Virus record (IMG/VR): IMGVR_UViG_3300005294_000012
Source of the DNA: an uncultured virus (IMG/VR IMGVR_UViG_3300005294_000012)
Taxonomy: Duplodnaviria; Heunggongvirae; Uroviricota; Caudoviricetes
Strand: one strand, 5' to 3'
DNA length: 64,000 nucleotides
Shown: positions 39,035-50,199 of the stretch, in pieces
How the letters are laid out: each line of letters begins with the position of its first letter
How positions within the stretch are numbered: the stretch's first letter is position 1
The notes under the pieces: model-generated
Database searches by the model: none
Told to the model about the DNA's origin: nothing
The model's input: only the letters and a program-made list of their open reading frames with translations
Made by a program: the position numbers and the translations under genes

Positions 39035-41281
39035 GTGACAACTCGTTACGATCCCGACGCAGCCAGGCAGTTTCTGGAGCAATGGCTGGTTCGGGATGAG
39101 GGGGACGAAACCAGGGCGTTCTGCCCGCTGTGCGAGGAGCCTGGTGCTTCGCATTCGCCGAGCGCCAGCATCAACTTCGCCGACAACAAGTGGAACTGCC
39201 TGAAGACCGAGGGCCACGGCGGCTCCGTCAAGGCATTAGTCAAGACCGTGCAGGACCGCGAGAGCGGCGCCAACGTCCGGACCATACGACGCAACGTAGA
39301 GCTACCCACTGACAACACATTGCCGGTCACCGAGGACGAGGTGGCCAGCTGGCATGACTACCTGATCGACGAGCGCCAAGACCTGGTCGACGAGATCGAG
39401 AATCTGCGCGGCTGGTCCCCAGCCACCCTCTCCCATTTCATGATCGGCTACCACCGCAGCCGGTTCACCATCCCGATCTATGACGAGCACGGCAAGCTGG
39501 TCAACGTCCGGCAGTACAAGCCCGGTGACGAGCTGAAGTTCATCAACGTCAAAGGCCACGGCAAGAACCGGATCTGGGGCTACGACACGCTTCGTGAGTC
39601 CGAGGCCATCCTGCTGTGCGCCGGCGAGCCGGACCGCATCCTGGCCGTCCAGCAGGGCTTCCCAGCAGTCACCTGGACCGGTGGCGAGGGCAGCTTCCAA
39701 CCCGAGTGGGGGCAGCTGTTCGCCGGCAAGACGGTCTACATCTGCCTCGACGCCGACGACGCCGGCCGCGAAGGCACCGAGAAGATCATCCCGATCCTGC
39801 AGCCACACGCAGCCGACGTCCTGGTGGTCACGATCCCCGAGATCGCCAAGGGCTACGACATCACCGATGTGCTGCTCAACGACGGCCCTATCGCGCTGCA
39901 AAAGCTGATCGATGAGGCGGAGCTGCAGGAGCGTCCGGAGCGGCACCATCCGATCACCGAGACCGACCACGGCAACGCGTTGAGGCTGATCGACGCCCAC
40001 TCCGACATCCTGCGCCACATCGCCGATATGGGGCAGTGGCACCACTGGGACGGCTGCAAGTGGGCCAGAGACGTCAACAACCGCAGGGTTCGCCAGGCCC
40101 ACATCGACCTGGCCCACGACCTGCCCAACGGCGGCTTCAAGCGCAACTCGCTGTCGTCTGGAGGAATCACCGCCGGAATCAAGGTGGCCGAGGTCGACCG
40201 CCGTATCTCGATCACGGCCGACCAGCTGGACACTTACGCCGAGCTGATCAACACCCCGAGCGGAATCGTGGATCTGCGGACCGCTGAGCTGGGCCCTTTC
40301 GACCCAACTTTGCTGCTGACCCGCAGCACGGCGATAGCAGCCGATATGCAGGCTTTGCACCCCAGGTGGGACCAGTTCTTGGCCGAGACCTTCAAAGGCT
40401 CGGAGAAGCTGATCGGGTACCTGCAACGACTGTTCGGGCTGGCACTGCTCGGCGAGGTTCGAGAACACATCCTGCCGTTCCTGTACGGCAGCGGGCGCAA
40501 CGGTAAGGGCGTCATCACCCTGGTACTTCAGGGGCTCCTGGGCGACGCTGACGAGGGCGGCTACGCCGTCTCGGCACCCGACGGGTTCCTGATGGCCGGC
40601 CGGGACAGCGCGCACCCCACAGAGATCGCCCGGATTCGTGGCGCTCGGCTGGTGGTGTGCTCGGAGCAGAGCTCCACCCGGAAGTTCGACGAGCAGCGGG
40701 TCAAGAAGTTCACCGGTGGTGACCGTTTGGCGGGCCGCTGGATGCGCGGCGATCTGTTCGAGTTCAACCCGAGCCACCTGCTGTGGGTGATGAGCAACAA
40801 CCTGCCGGCGGTCAAAGAGGGCGGTCCTGCCTTCTGGGCACGGGTCCGGCTCATCCCGTTCAAGAACGTGGTGCCCGATGAGCGGCAGATCAAGGATCTG
40901 CACCGCCAGCTGCTCGACGAAGAAGGTCCGGCCATCTTGGGCTGGGCGGTGCGCGGTGCTGTCGAGGTATTGCAGAACGGTCTGCAGGACCCTCCGGAAG
41001 TGATCAAAGCCACCGAGGACTACAAGGTCAGCGAGGACACTCTGGCGTCGTTCGTCAAAGAGGAATGCGACCTAGGCCCCGACGAGCAGTGCACGGTGAG
41101 CGACTTCGGTCACCGCTACCGGGAGCACTGCGAAGAGATGGACGCGGATCCGCAGAGTTCCAGATCGATCACCATGCGGCTGATGAGTGAGTACGGAATC
41201 GAGCGTGGCAAGAACGGTACCGGCCGGCTTTACAAGGGGGTGGCGCTATCCGCGAAAGCGAAAATCTCAGACAACAAATGA
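39035..41281 (+). CDS. Primase-helicase (Zn finger, TOPRIM, P4/D5-type SF3 helicase)
   Basis: CPLC..H, DADDAG, TDHGNA, GSGRNGKG, KKFTGGD; GGAGGA RBS before GTG. Confidence 0.9.
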   Translation: MTTRYDPDAARQFLEQWLVRDEGDETRAFCPLCEEPGASHSPSASINFADNKWNCLKTEGHGGSVKALVKTVQDRESGANVRTIRRNVELPTDNTLPVTEDEVASWHDYLIDERQDLVDEIENLRGWSPATLSHFMIGYHRSRFTIPIYDEHGKLVNVRQYKPGDELKFINVKGHGKNRIWGYDTLRESEAILLCAGEPDRILAVQQGFPAVTWTGGEGSFQPEWGQLFAGKTVYICLDADDAGREGTEKIIPILQPHAADVLVVTIPEIAKGYDITDVLLNDGPIALQKLIDEAELQERPERHHPITETDHGNALRLIDAHSDILRHIADMGQWHHWDGCKWARDVNNRRVRQAHIDLAHDLPNGGFKRNSLSSGGITAGIKVAEVDRRISITADQLDTYAELINTPSGIVDLRTAELGPFDPTLLLTRSTAIAADMQALHPRWDQFLAETFKGSEKLIGYLQRLFGLALLGEVREHILPFLYGSGRNGKGVITLVLQGLLGDADEGGYAVSAPDGFLMAGRDSAHPTEIARIRGARLVVCSEQSSTRKFDEQRVKKFTGGDRLAGRWMRGDLFEFNPSHLLWVMSNNLPAVKEGGPAFWARVRLIPFKNVVPDERQIKDLHRQLLDEEGPAILGWAVRGAVEVLQNGLQDPPEVIKATEDYKVSEDTLASFVKEECDLGPDEQCTVSDFGHRYREHCEEMDADPQSSRSITMRLMSEYGIERGKNGTGRLYKGVALSAKAKISDNK

Positions 41282-41305
41282 TCACTTCCCCTTAGAAAGA
41301 GACCA

Positions 41306-41509
41306 ATGGCAAATACCCCAGAAAAAGACTGGTTCGACTACCCGCGAGCCGCCAAATACCTCCACGACCGAGTCCCCGGAGGCTTCACCGTACGCAGCCT
41401 GGAGCACGCCAAGCGGACCAACAAGATCCCCGGGGCGCGGATCCGTGGCCGGATTTGGTTCAAGAAGGCCGACCTCGACAACTACGTAAAGGAGATCACC
41501 ACAGTATGA
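41306..41509 (+). CDS. Excisionase-like HTH protein
   Basis: AAKYL...IPGARIRGRIWFKKADLD. Confidence 0.7.
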   Translation: MANTPEKDWFDYPRAAKYLHDRVPGGFTVRSLEHAKRTNKIPGARIRGRIWFKKADLDNYVKEITTV

Positions 41510-42336
41510 AAATCGCAGTGCTCGGGCTGAACGACACCACCCTGGTGGCGCTCGACGCGATCAACTCGCGCGGCGACCACGAGGCCTATGTGGTGGTTCC
41601 GACGACAGAGGACTTCATCGACCCCTCGCCGCTGAATGAGCTGAACTTCGGCTACCCCGGCGTCGAGGACTCGGTGATCAACTTCCAGATCCGAGGCCTC
41701 CAGCCGTGGCGAACGATGCACCCGGAGCTGTACAGGGCCGGGTTCGACGCCTTCGAGGGCAAGAAGGGCATGGCCAGCTCGATCAAGATCTACGCCAAGC
41801 TCGCGCAGACCCCCAACACGATCAACAACATCATCTGGAATCCAGATAGGGAGACGCTCCGCGAGCTGCTGGAGCGGGAGATCGGCGGCGCCGACGCGAT
41901 CATCAACGTGCTCGACCGGGCGCAGCTGTGCGGCGTCGATGATCACACTTTCGTCCTGACCAGGGTGTGGTGGTCGACCGAGAAAGGACCTCGGGTCGGC
42001 GAGGGCCAGGTGCTCTACAACACCGACCCGAACACCAGCTGGGCCATGACCTCCAATATCGATGGGCGCACCGTCACCGTCTGGGACAAGCCAGCGCCGT
42101 TCGACCACGTCCAGACCTACGACATGCCGACCAGGATGGTCTGCAGATGCGAGACGCCTGGCATCGATCTGCACGTGGGCCGCTGGGCGACCTACACCCC
42201 GATCGGGCTGTCCCGGGCGTACGAGCAGGTCGTGGAGTTCCTGTCCCACATCAACGAAGACACCCTGCAGATGCTGCCCGTCGACTACGACCTTGAGGAG
42301 GTCCCCGATGGCGGTCAGCCACGCAGCGATTCGTGA
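41506..42336 (+). CDS. Degenerate Rossmann-like/oxidoreductase-like protein
   Basis: MKIAVLG start and VGRWATY near the end, but no GxGxxG. Confidence 0.45.
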   Translation: MKIAVLGLNDTTLVALDAINSRGDHEAYVVVPTTEDFIDPSPLNELNFGYPGVEDSVINFQIRGLQPWRTMHPELYRAGFDAFEGKKGMASSIKIYAKLAQTPNTINNIIWNPDRETLRELLEREIGGADAIINVLDRAQLCGVDDHTFVLTRVWWSTEKGPRVGEGQVLYNTDPNTSWAMTSNIDGRTVTVWDKPAPFDHVQTYDMPTRMVCRCETPGIDLHVGRWATYTPIGLSRAYEQVVEFLSHINEDTLQMLPVDYDLEEVPDGGQPRSDS

Positions 42337-42510
42337 GGTCGCAGAGGCGTTCAACCGGGGCGAGCTGGAGTTCCGCCTGACCCACGAACCAGAGACCGTG
42401 GGCCCTCCCTGGTGGCTTGAGATCAAGGCCAGAGAGGAAGGGCGTGCGCAGATCTACCTGGAAACCCCAACTATCGCGGCAAGCGTCGAGCCAGGACACG
42501 GGGACTACTG

Positions 42511-45500
42511 ATGCAATTCGTCTCGCTTCACACACATTCCACGTTCAGCTACGGCGATGGGCTCGGCATGCCGGCCGAGCACGTGGCCCGGGTTGCCGAG
42601 CTTGGGATGAAGGCTCTGGCGCTCACCGATCACGGGAACGTCTCCGGCCACGTGAAGCTGGACCAGGCAGCCAAGGCTGCCGGCATCAAGCCGATCTTCG
42701 GGCTGGAGGCCTACACCGGTCCGAAAGAGATGCGGGAGATCAAGCAGCGCGCCAAGTGGCACCAGACGATCCTCGCGGCCGACCAGACGGGCTACCACAA
42801 CCTGATGGAGCTGGTCTCACGGTCGTACTCGGAGGGCTTCTACCACGACCCCACGATCCATTGGGACATGCTGGTGGATCACAACGCGGGACTGATCGTC
42901 ACCTCGGGGTGCGCAGACTCGCTGCTGAGCAGCACGCTACTCGGAGGTCAGAAGGCGATTGAGGTCGGGTCCGAACGGGCCGCTATCGGGATCCTCAAGG
43001 CCTACCAGCGACTCTTCGGTGACAGGTTCTATCTCGAAGTACAGGCGTTCCCCACCCTTGAACGCACGCGCCTGATTAACGCCGCTTTTCAGGAGTGGTC
43101 GGTCAGGTTCGGTGTCGGGCTGGTCGCGACCAGAGACGTTCATCATCCTCTTCCAGAGCAGACAGAACTACGCAAGATCCTGCACGCCGCCAACCGGGGT
43201 ATCGCCTCGGTCGACGTCGCCGCTGCGCAGTGGGAATACGACGTCCCCTGCACCTATCCAGCTACCGATCATGATCTTTTCGATGCACTCCGGGCCACAG
43301 GGCTCTCCACCATCGGCGCGATGCAGGCGATAAAGAATTCGGCCGAAATCGCTGATCGGTGCAATGTCGAGCTGCCCTCCATGGCCCGCGTGCAGTATCC
43401 ATTCGCCCAGGACGGTGCTGAGTCCCCGGACGACCTCATACGACAGTGGCTCAGTGAGGGCTGGGTCCTGCGGGGATTCGATCGTCTTGACCCAGTCCAG
43501 CGCCGCGCGGCACGCCAGCGCGTCCAACGCGAGCTGGATGTTTTCGAGCAGAAGGACTTCATCCACTACTTTCTGATGATCGCTGACGCTGTCCGTTTTG
43601 CGAAGTCGGAGGGGATCGCCGTCGGCCCAGGGCGGGGCAGTGCCGCAGCGAGCCTGTGCATGTACCTGCTGCAGGTAACCGAGATCAACCCTCTCGAATT
43701 TCCATTGATGATGTTCGAGCGCTTCGTCGACCCCGACCGCATGGACCTCCCAGACGTCGACATCGACTTCGACCCCGGCCGGCGGGATGAGGTTCGCCAG
43801 TACCTGGTCCGCAAGTATGGGGAGAACCGCGTCGGGAACGTGGGAACGTACACGTACTACCGGGGGAAGAATTCCGTCAACGATGTCGCCAGGGTTCACA
43901 ACGTGCCTTTCGTGGTGGCTCAGAAGGTGAAGGACATGACCCCCGATGAGGGGTTCAAGGTTGCTCACGCAGTCTTCCCCGTCGTCCAGGACCTCGTCAA
44001 GGAATACCCGCAGCTGGAGTGGGCCCTGCAGCTCGAGGGCAACATCAAAGGCTTCGGCATTCATGCCGCCGGCCTGGTGGTGGGTGCTGAGCCGCTGTCG
44101 AACTACGTCGCCACCTACACCCGCGTCACCGGGACCGGGCTGGCCAAGAAGCGCGTCTCGGTGTTGAGCGTGGACAAGTACGACGGCGAGACGATGGGGC
44201 TGCTGAAGATCGACGCGCTAGGGCTCACAACCATGGGGGAAATTCAGACCATGGCTGGGATCGCGGGCATGAGCCTTGAAGAGGTCTACCGCATTCCCCT
44301 GGATGAGGATGCCGTCCTCCAAGGCTTTCGTGATGGCCGCACCAACGGCATCTTCCAGTTCGCCGGATCGACAACACGAGACATCTGCGTCGAGGTGGCG
44401 CCTCGGGAATTCATGGACTTGGCCCATATCAACGCATTATCGCGGCCGGGTCCGCTGCACGGCGGTAGCACCGCGCAGTTCATCAAGGCCCGACAGGGCC
44501 ACGTACGCGGTGTGATGCATCCGCTGATCGAGGAGGTGCTGGCCACCACCGAGGGCGAGCTGATCTACCAGGAGCAGGTGATCAAGCTGGCACAGGTGGT
44601 CGGCGGGTTCGACGTCGCCGGCGCCGCCAGGGTGCGTTCGATCATGTCAAAGAAAAAGGGGCAGGCAGCATTCGCAGACCTCTGGAAGGACTTCGCCGAG
44701 GGGGCACTCAAGAACGGTGTGCCAGCAGAGGAAGCAAAACGTGTCTGGCGAAACATGATCACCTCCGGTGGCTACGCCTTCAACGTCGCGCACGCCGTCA
44801 GCTACTCGGTCCTCGCCTACTGGACCATGTGGTTCCGCGTTCATCACCCTCTGGCTTTCTTCTACGCTCGGCTGCTGCACGCCGCCGACAAGGAGGCGGA
44901 GGCGACACTGGACATCCTCAAAGACATGACCGCCACAGCCCCGGACATCAAGGTGATGCCGCTGGATCCGTGGTTCTCCGGTGCCAACTGGACCATCGAC
45001 GAGGGCGCTCTGCGTCCCGGTTTCCGGCAGGTCAAGGGCATCGGTGCCTCCGTGGCGAATCTGTTGGTGCTGTTCCGGGACGGCTGGGCGGCTAAGCCAT
45101 GGATCTCCTGGGACGACTACCTGCAGGTCGGTAGCATCGGCCCGAAAACGATCAAGACCCTAACCGATTTCGCCGAGTCCGATGACCCGTTCGGTGTCAA
45201 GAAGTTGTTCCGGCAATCGGCGGAGATCGCCGAATGGGCGCACCAGAAGGGCCGGCCGAAGGTCACCAAGACCTCCGACATGATCCCCTACCGGGAAGGC
45301 AAGTGGTCCGGGGTGCTGCTCGGAGTGGTGATCGAGGTGCAGCTGCGTGACCTGTTCGAGACCCATCGCAACCGGACCGGTGAGGTGTTGTCACGAGACG
45401 ACGTCGACCAGCCCGAGCTCGCGACGTCGGCGTACCTGTACTGCGAGGATGTGCGCGGCAAATACAAGATCAGGATCAACCGCTTCACCTACCCGCGCTA

Positions 45501-45618
45501 TCGCCGGGAGATCGAGGCGATCGACCCCGGCAAGGACTGGGTGCTGGCGGCTGTGTCGAAGAGCAACTTCCCAGGAAAAACGACCAAGGTGGATGCGATG
45601 TGGGTGATCTCGCTATGA
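42511..45618 (+). CDS. dnaE: DNA polymerase III alpha subunit
   Basis: PHP motifs HTHS/TDHG, GPGRGSAA, PDVDIDF, HAAG, KIDALGL, YAFNVAHA. Confidence 0.95.
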   Translation: MQFVSLHTHSTFSYGDGLGMPAEHVARVAELGMKALALTDHGNVSGHVKLDQAAKAAGIKPIFGLEAYTGPKEMREIKQRAKWHQTILAADQTGYHNLMELVSRSYSEGFYHDPTIHWDMLVDHNAGLIVTSGCADSLLSSTLLGGQKAIEVGSERAAIGILKAYQRLFGDRFYLEVQAFPTLERTRLINAAFQEWSVRFGVGLVATRDVHHPLPEQTELRKILHAANRGIASVDVAAAQWEYDVPCTYPATDHDLFDALRATGLSTIGAMQAIKNSAEIADRCNVELPSMARVQYPFAQDGAESPDDLIRQWLSEGWVLRGFDRLDPVQRRAARQRVQRELDVFEQKDFIHYFLMIADAVRFAKSEGIAVGPGRGSAAASLCMYLLQVTEINPLEFPLMMFERFVDPDRMDLPDVDIDFDPGRRDEVRQYLVRKYGENRVGNVGTYTYYRGKNSVNDVARVHNVPFVVAQKVKDMTPDEGFKVAHAVFPVVQDLVKEYPQLEWALQLEGNIKGFGIHAAGLVVGAEPLSNYVATYTRVTGTGLAKKRVSVLSVDKYDGETMGLLKIDALGLTTMGEIQTMAGIAGMSLEEVYRIPLDEDAVLQGFRDGRTNGIFQFAGSTTRDICVEVAPREFMDLAHINALSRPGPLHGGSTAQFIKARQGHVRGVMHPLIEEVLATTEGELIYQEQVIKLAQVVGGFDVAGAARVRSIMSKKKGQAAFADLWKDFAEGALKNGVPAEEAKRVWRNMITSGGYAFNVAHAVSYSVLAYWTMWFRVHHPLAFFYARLLHAADKEAEATLDILKDMTATAPDIKVMPLDPWFSGANWTIDEGALRPGFRQVKGIGASVANLLVLFRDGWAAKPWISWDDYLQVGSIGPKTIKTLTDFAESDDPFGVKKLFRQSAEIAEWAHQKGRPKVTKTSDMIPYREGKWSGVLLGVVIEVQLRDLFETHRNRTGEVLSRDDVDQPELATSAYLYCEDVRGKYKIRINRFTYPRYRREIEAIDPGKDWVLAAVSKSNFPGKTTKVDAMWVISL

Positions 45619-48299
45619 GGTTCAAAAGGGCCAGGAAATGGATCGGTAAGCGGCTGCGCTACCTGGCCGACGACATCGATTACGAGGGTGCGCCGAGAGT
45701 GCTGACCAGTTATACGTTCACCTTCGAGCGCGGCAAGGGCTTGGTGTTCCGAAAGGACCGCAGGGGCTGCAAGTTGATGTACCCGGGCATGGACGAGTAC
45801 GAGAAGGCACACACAGAAGCGGACAGCCCACTATGAAGTTCGAACAGACGACGCAGGACCGGAAGAACGGGATGTCTCTGGACGAGCTGCGGCAGTTCAT
45901 CGCCAGGCTCGAGAGTCTCGGGGTGTCTGGCCACAGCCGGCTCAAGGCCAACAGCATCAAGCTGAAGACGATATCGGTCGAGGCCGATAACGAGGTGTGG
46001 AGCGACTGATGACACCGCCACAGGTTCTCAAGGTGCCCAAGAACGTCACCGACTTTGTGGACGAGATCGATGACGCCTATATCCGAACCAAGTTGCAGCA
46101 GCTGATCGCGGCGTACGAAGAGCCCGATCTGAACTTCGTCAAGCAGGTGGAGATGGTCGAGAAGGCCACCGAGCGCTGGCAGCTGGCCGTCATGAATCAG
46201 CGCGATTCGATCAGCCGGCTGCTCGCCGAGCGCGATCGGCACCTGGGTGAGATCGCCGGCCTGAGACGCGAGCTGGACGTCTGGGTGGAAGTACAGGGAA
46301 CAAAGCGAAAGGTGGGACCGGAATGACCGATTACGACGCGCAGATAGCACTGCTGAAGATGGCCGCGTTGCGGCAGCTGAGGTCGAGGACCACAGCCCCG
46401 TTCAGCATCGCCCAGGGCGACCTTCCAGGCTTCTTCACCGCCACCCTGGACGCTGTGCTAGGTCCGTTCGCCGAGAAGCTCATGGCGGCTCTGATCGACC
46501 GTGACGCGTGGAGGGAGCGGGCCGAGCACTGGATTCGGGCCTATAACGAAATGCAGGCCGAGCAGGACGCGTGGAAGACGAGGGTCGAGGAGAAGCAGCG
46601 CCAGATCGATCGCTGGATCGTCTCCTGCAACGAGATCCAGGCCAATTGGGAAGAGGAGCACCGCCGGCTGGCAGCGGCCGAGGAGGCCCTGGAGAGGGCG
46701 GTGGCCTGATGTCTTCGTCGTTTCGCTTCCCCCGGGCCGCTAACGGGGAGATGACGCCGGCGCAGATCGCCGAGCGCGACCTGTTCTGGCTGATCGAGCA
46801 GGCCGGCGGCGCCATCACCGTGGTCCTGGAGGAGAACGAGTCCGGTCTGCCGGCGATGCTGCGTGGAATCGCCCGGACCGCGTCCAAGACCGCCCTGCAC
46901 TATGAGCGGCAGCTGGGCTTGCCGCCCCCGGACAACCGGGGGAGAAAGAAAAAGGGCGGTGCCTAGGCTTATTCTGAAGTGCCCCGGATGCTTGACCATG
47001 ATCGAAACCGGGGACCTGTGCTGTGACCGGTGTTGGCGACGCCTGCCGCTGCTACTTCGTAGCCGGCTACGCGTGCTCCACACTCGGAAGAACTACCCCA
47101 AGTACCTGGCAGCTGAGATGCGGATCCGCGTCTGGCTGATCGACCACAGGGAGGACACGTGAAGAAGACAAAGGTCCCTACCAAGGTGCAGAGCAGGGCT
47201 TCAGCCAAGAGCGGCTGCGACTGCTCTGGTCCCGGCGGCTTCTACTGGGGCGAGATCCCTCCGAGCACTCCAATACCGGCGCCGAGGGAGCTGCAGCGAT
47301 GAAATATCGGCTGGTCTGCGACCTGGCTCCCAACTGGAACAAGACCCCCGGCAACAGGTTCGGCAAGGCCGAGGCCGAGCGCCGGCTGAAGGATGCGAAC
47401 GCGGGTTGCCCCGGCAGACATCATCTGGAGGAGATCAAGGAATAGTCGTGGACGTCTTCCACGGCTGGATCCTGGCCATCATCGTCTCCGTGGCGGTGAT
47501 CATGGCGATGTATTTGTCGGCTATGTGGTTTCTGACGTTGTTCGGCCCTCGGTCGCGAAAGCGGCCCTGGTGGTGGGACATGACAAGAAGGAGGAGACGG
47601 TGATGGGGCTGAACTACAACTCGAGCTGGCACGGGTATCGCGCCGCGTACGCGGTCTTCTGGATCGCGGTCATATTGGGTCTGGCCACGCTGGTCCTGCT
47701 GGTGATCTACCGGTGAGCTTCGAGGCGAAGTACCGGGGCATGTGTGGCAGCTGTGATGGGCCAATCGCGGTCGGCCAGCTGATCCGGTCTCTGTACACAG
47801 ATCGCGGCTATGAGCACGTGGAATGTCCTCCGGAGGTGCCCGAGATCAAGAGAGAGGTGTGCAAGAAGTGTTTCCAGGAGAAGGCGGCGAACAGGAGTTG
47901 TGCTTGTGATTGAGAACTTGACGGTGTTCATCGTGATGTGCGTCTGCACCAGCATCTTGGTTCTGGGGTCGGCATGGGCATAAGGCAATGGGGCTGGAGA
48001 CAGTGGCTGGTGGCGGTGATCATCAGCGTCTTTTCGTTCTTCGTGGCGTACGTGGTTGTGCGGGTGTCCCTATGAGCTGGGAGATCATCAGCAGCCAGCG
48101 CGGCGAGCGGTACATCTACAAGGCCTACTACGGGCCGAACGGCCGCAAGGGCGGCAAGGGCCGGCGGGGAGAGTGCGCCGGCGACTTCGCCTGCGGGCTG
48201 GACAGTCCCAGCAAGGATCAGCGGGACCTGGAGGCGTCCCTGGCGCGGGCTCGGGAGGACATCGGTTTGGTGGAGACGTGGGAGGAGTTCAGGGCATGA
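45615..48299 (+). other. Run of small coupled hypothetical genes
   Basis: Consecutive overlapping ORFs, e.g. 46323-46709, 46709-46966, 47713-47913. Confidence 0.55.
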
Positions 48300-49033
48300 A
48301 CTGGGATGAGTGGGTCACCCAGACCACCAAGATGGTGGACACCTGGAGGGGTGGGCAGCTGCTCGCCGGCGGCGGCACGTCGCAGCTGCGCTGGGTGTCC
48401 GGGATGGATCCTGGGAAGGCTACGGGGCTCGCTCACGTGGTCTATCTGGTGCCGCCGACACCCGAACGGGTGGAGGGCCTTTCGAATGGGAAGGACGGGC
48501 ATAGGGGCGGCGGCGGGGACCGCGTGGGGTTGGTGGGGTACGCGGTCGACCAGTGGGCCAAGATCCTCGCCGGCCTGAGGGTTCAGAACGTGCCGGGTGG
48601 GTTGTTGCAGACCTACGACGCGACCGGGGTAATCGTGCTCTCGTTCTATTCGGAGTTCTTCACCGGAGACGAGAACAGCATCGTGCGGAGAGCGGTATCA
48701 CGGGTGCGTGATATGGGGTCGTGCTGGGCCGGCACACCGTCCTGGGGAGTCGGGGAGGAGTCGGGTCTAGGGGCGGTCACCTGTGAGCGGTTCAAGGTGC
48801 TGAGGCAGGACCCCAGCGAGGACTACGTGAGCCCCTTGAGGGTGCGCTCGGCGTTCTCGTACGGCCTCGAGGACGAGTTCGGTGTTCGAATAACTGGGCA
48901 TCAGCCGGCGGATGCGAAGGACGCTTTTGGAGCGGTTCAATTCAAGCAGCTCGGGATGTGGCTGTCGGGACCGGACCATGTGCGCGACGCACTGTCCCAC
49001 GCTTTATTTGAAATTAGGAAAGCTAATTCGTAA
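48296..49033 (+). CDS. RuvC-like Holliday junction resolvase
   Basis: GMDPGKATG, CERF, QPADAK, HVRDALSH. Confidence 0.75.
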   Translation: MNWDEWVTQTTKMVDTWRGGQLLAGGGTSQLRWVSGMDPGKATGLAHVVYLVPPTPERVEGLSNGKDGHRGGGGDRVGLVGYAVDQWAKILAGLRVQNVPGGLLQTYDATGVIVLSFYSEFFTGDENSIVRRAVSRVRDMGSCWAGTPSWGVGEESGLGAVTCERFKVLRQDPSEDYVSPLRVRSAFSYGLEDEFGVRITGHQPADAKDAFGAVQFKQLGMWLSGPDHVRDALSHALFEIRKANS

Positions 49034-49039
49034 GTGAGA

Positions 49040-49260
49040 TTGAGGGTGGAGAGGCGATTTCAGGACACTTGTGGGCTAAGTGTCCATGGGTTGACTAGGG
49101 GGAACAGGCAGATATGACACTTAGCGACAGATGGCACATTTAAACCCGTTACACGCGTGCGCGAAAAATCGTCCTATAGGTACTAGAACAGAAGGGAAGA
49201 AGCCCTATACGCCTTGAAATGTCGAATTTCGCGATAAGTGTCAAGTGTCATTGAAACAGA
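49040..49260. other. Candidate replication origin
   Basis: AT-richer non-coding gap with four GACACTT/AAGTGTC copies in both orientations. Confidence 0.5.
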
Positions 49261-49295
49261 GTTTCGATTGCGAGGAGTTACGAAGTTGTGAAATC

Positions 49296-49754
49296 ATGGG
49301 TGATGTGAGGCCAAAGCGTTCGATTATCTACGACGAGATCGGTGATCGGCTGGGACGTGGCCGCAAGGCCGGCCGGACCCAGGTGTCGACCCCCGCCGGC
49401 GTGAGCCATGAGACCAAGAGGATCGCGCTCGAGCACGCCAAGCAGGTCATCGTGCACCGTCATCTCGCCGAGGTGATCGCGGTCTTCAAACACGAGATCG
49501 AGTTCCTCAAAATGCTCGACGAGTGGTACCAGAACCACTTCCCCGACGCCCCTCAACCTTCGGAATCCGGAGTCGACACACTGGCCGAGATCATCGGTGA
49601 GTACTACCGGCAGAACGGGCTGTACCGCCCCGGCCTCGAGCCACCCAGACCAGACGCCAGCGGCGCCATCGCAGAGCCCATGATCGACGTCGATGGGCGC
49701 CCGATGTTCAAAGGCCGGCCACGACCCCGGCGCAAGAAGGCGGCTGTGACGTGA
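49296..49754 (+). CDS. Hypothetical protein
   Basis: ORF with phage-like codon usage. Confidence 0.6.
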   Translation: MGDVRPKRSIIYDEIGDRLGRGRKAGRTQVSTPAGVSHETKRIALEHAKQVIVHRHLAEVIAVFKHEIEFLKMLDEWYQNHFPDAPQPSESGVDTLAEIIGEYYRQNGLYRPGLEPPRPDASGAIAEPMIDVDGRPMFKGRPRPRRKKAAVT

Positions 49755-50199
49755 GCTCAAATATCGCTCAAATTGTCGAAAAAGGACCGCCATGGGAACT
49801 CGGCGAGCTGATCAGCATCCGGATCGAGGCCGGGACGTTCATGAACGAATGGTGGATAGCGGTCGGCCAGTCGGGGTTCTACTGGCATCGTCGTCTCCGC
49901 AGTTTCCGCTACGAGTACTGCGAGATGGATGCCAGGCAGTTCCTGGCAGCGTTGGGGTGGGTATGAGCATCAAGCACCAGTTCGTGGTCAGCTGCGACCA
50001 GAACCCCATCCCCAACCGCTGCGACCAACGGCTGACCATCCAGGCGCTGCCCTCGGTGCCGATGATCGAACTCGAGCGATACCTCGCCGAGCAGGACTGG
50101 GCGACTCTGGAGATCAGCCCGAAGCACAAGGCCCACTACTGCCCATGGCACCGACCGGTGCGCTAGTATTTCCTAACTCGACCAAGGAGCTTCCCCGCA

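Noticed and set aside
41306..41509. Lysogeny module implied by the excisionase-like HTH
   Set aside because: No integrase, repressor pair or att site seen in the window
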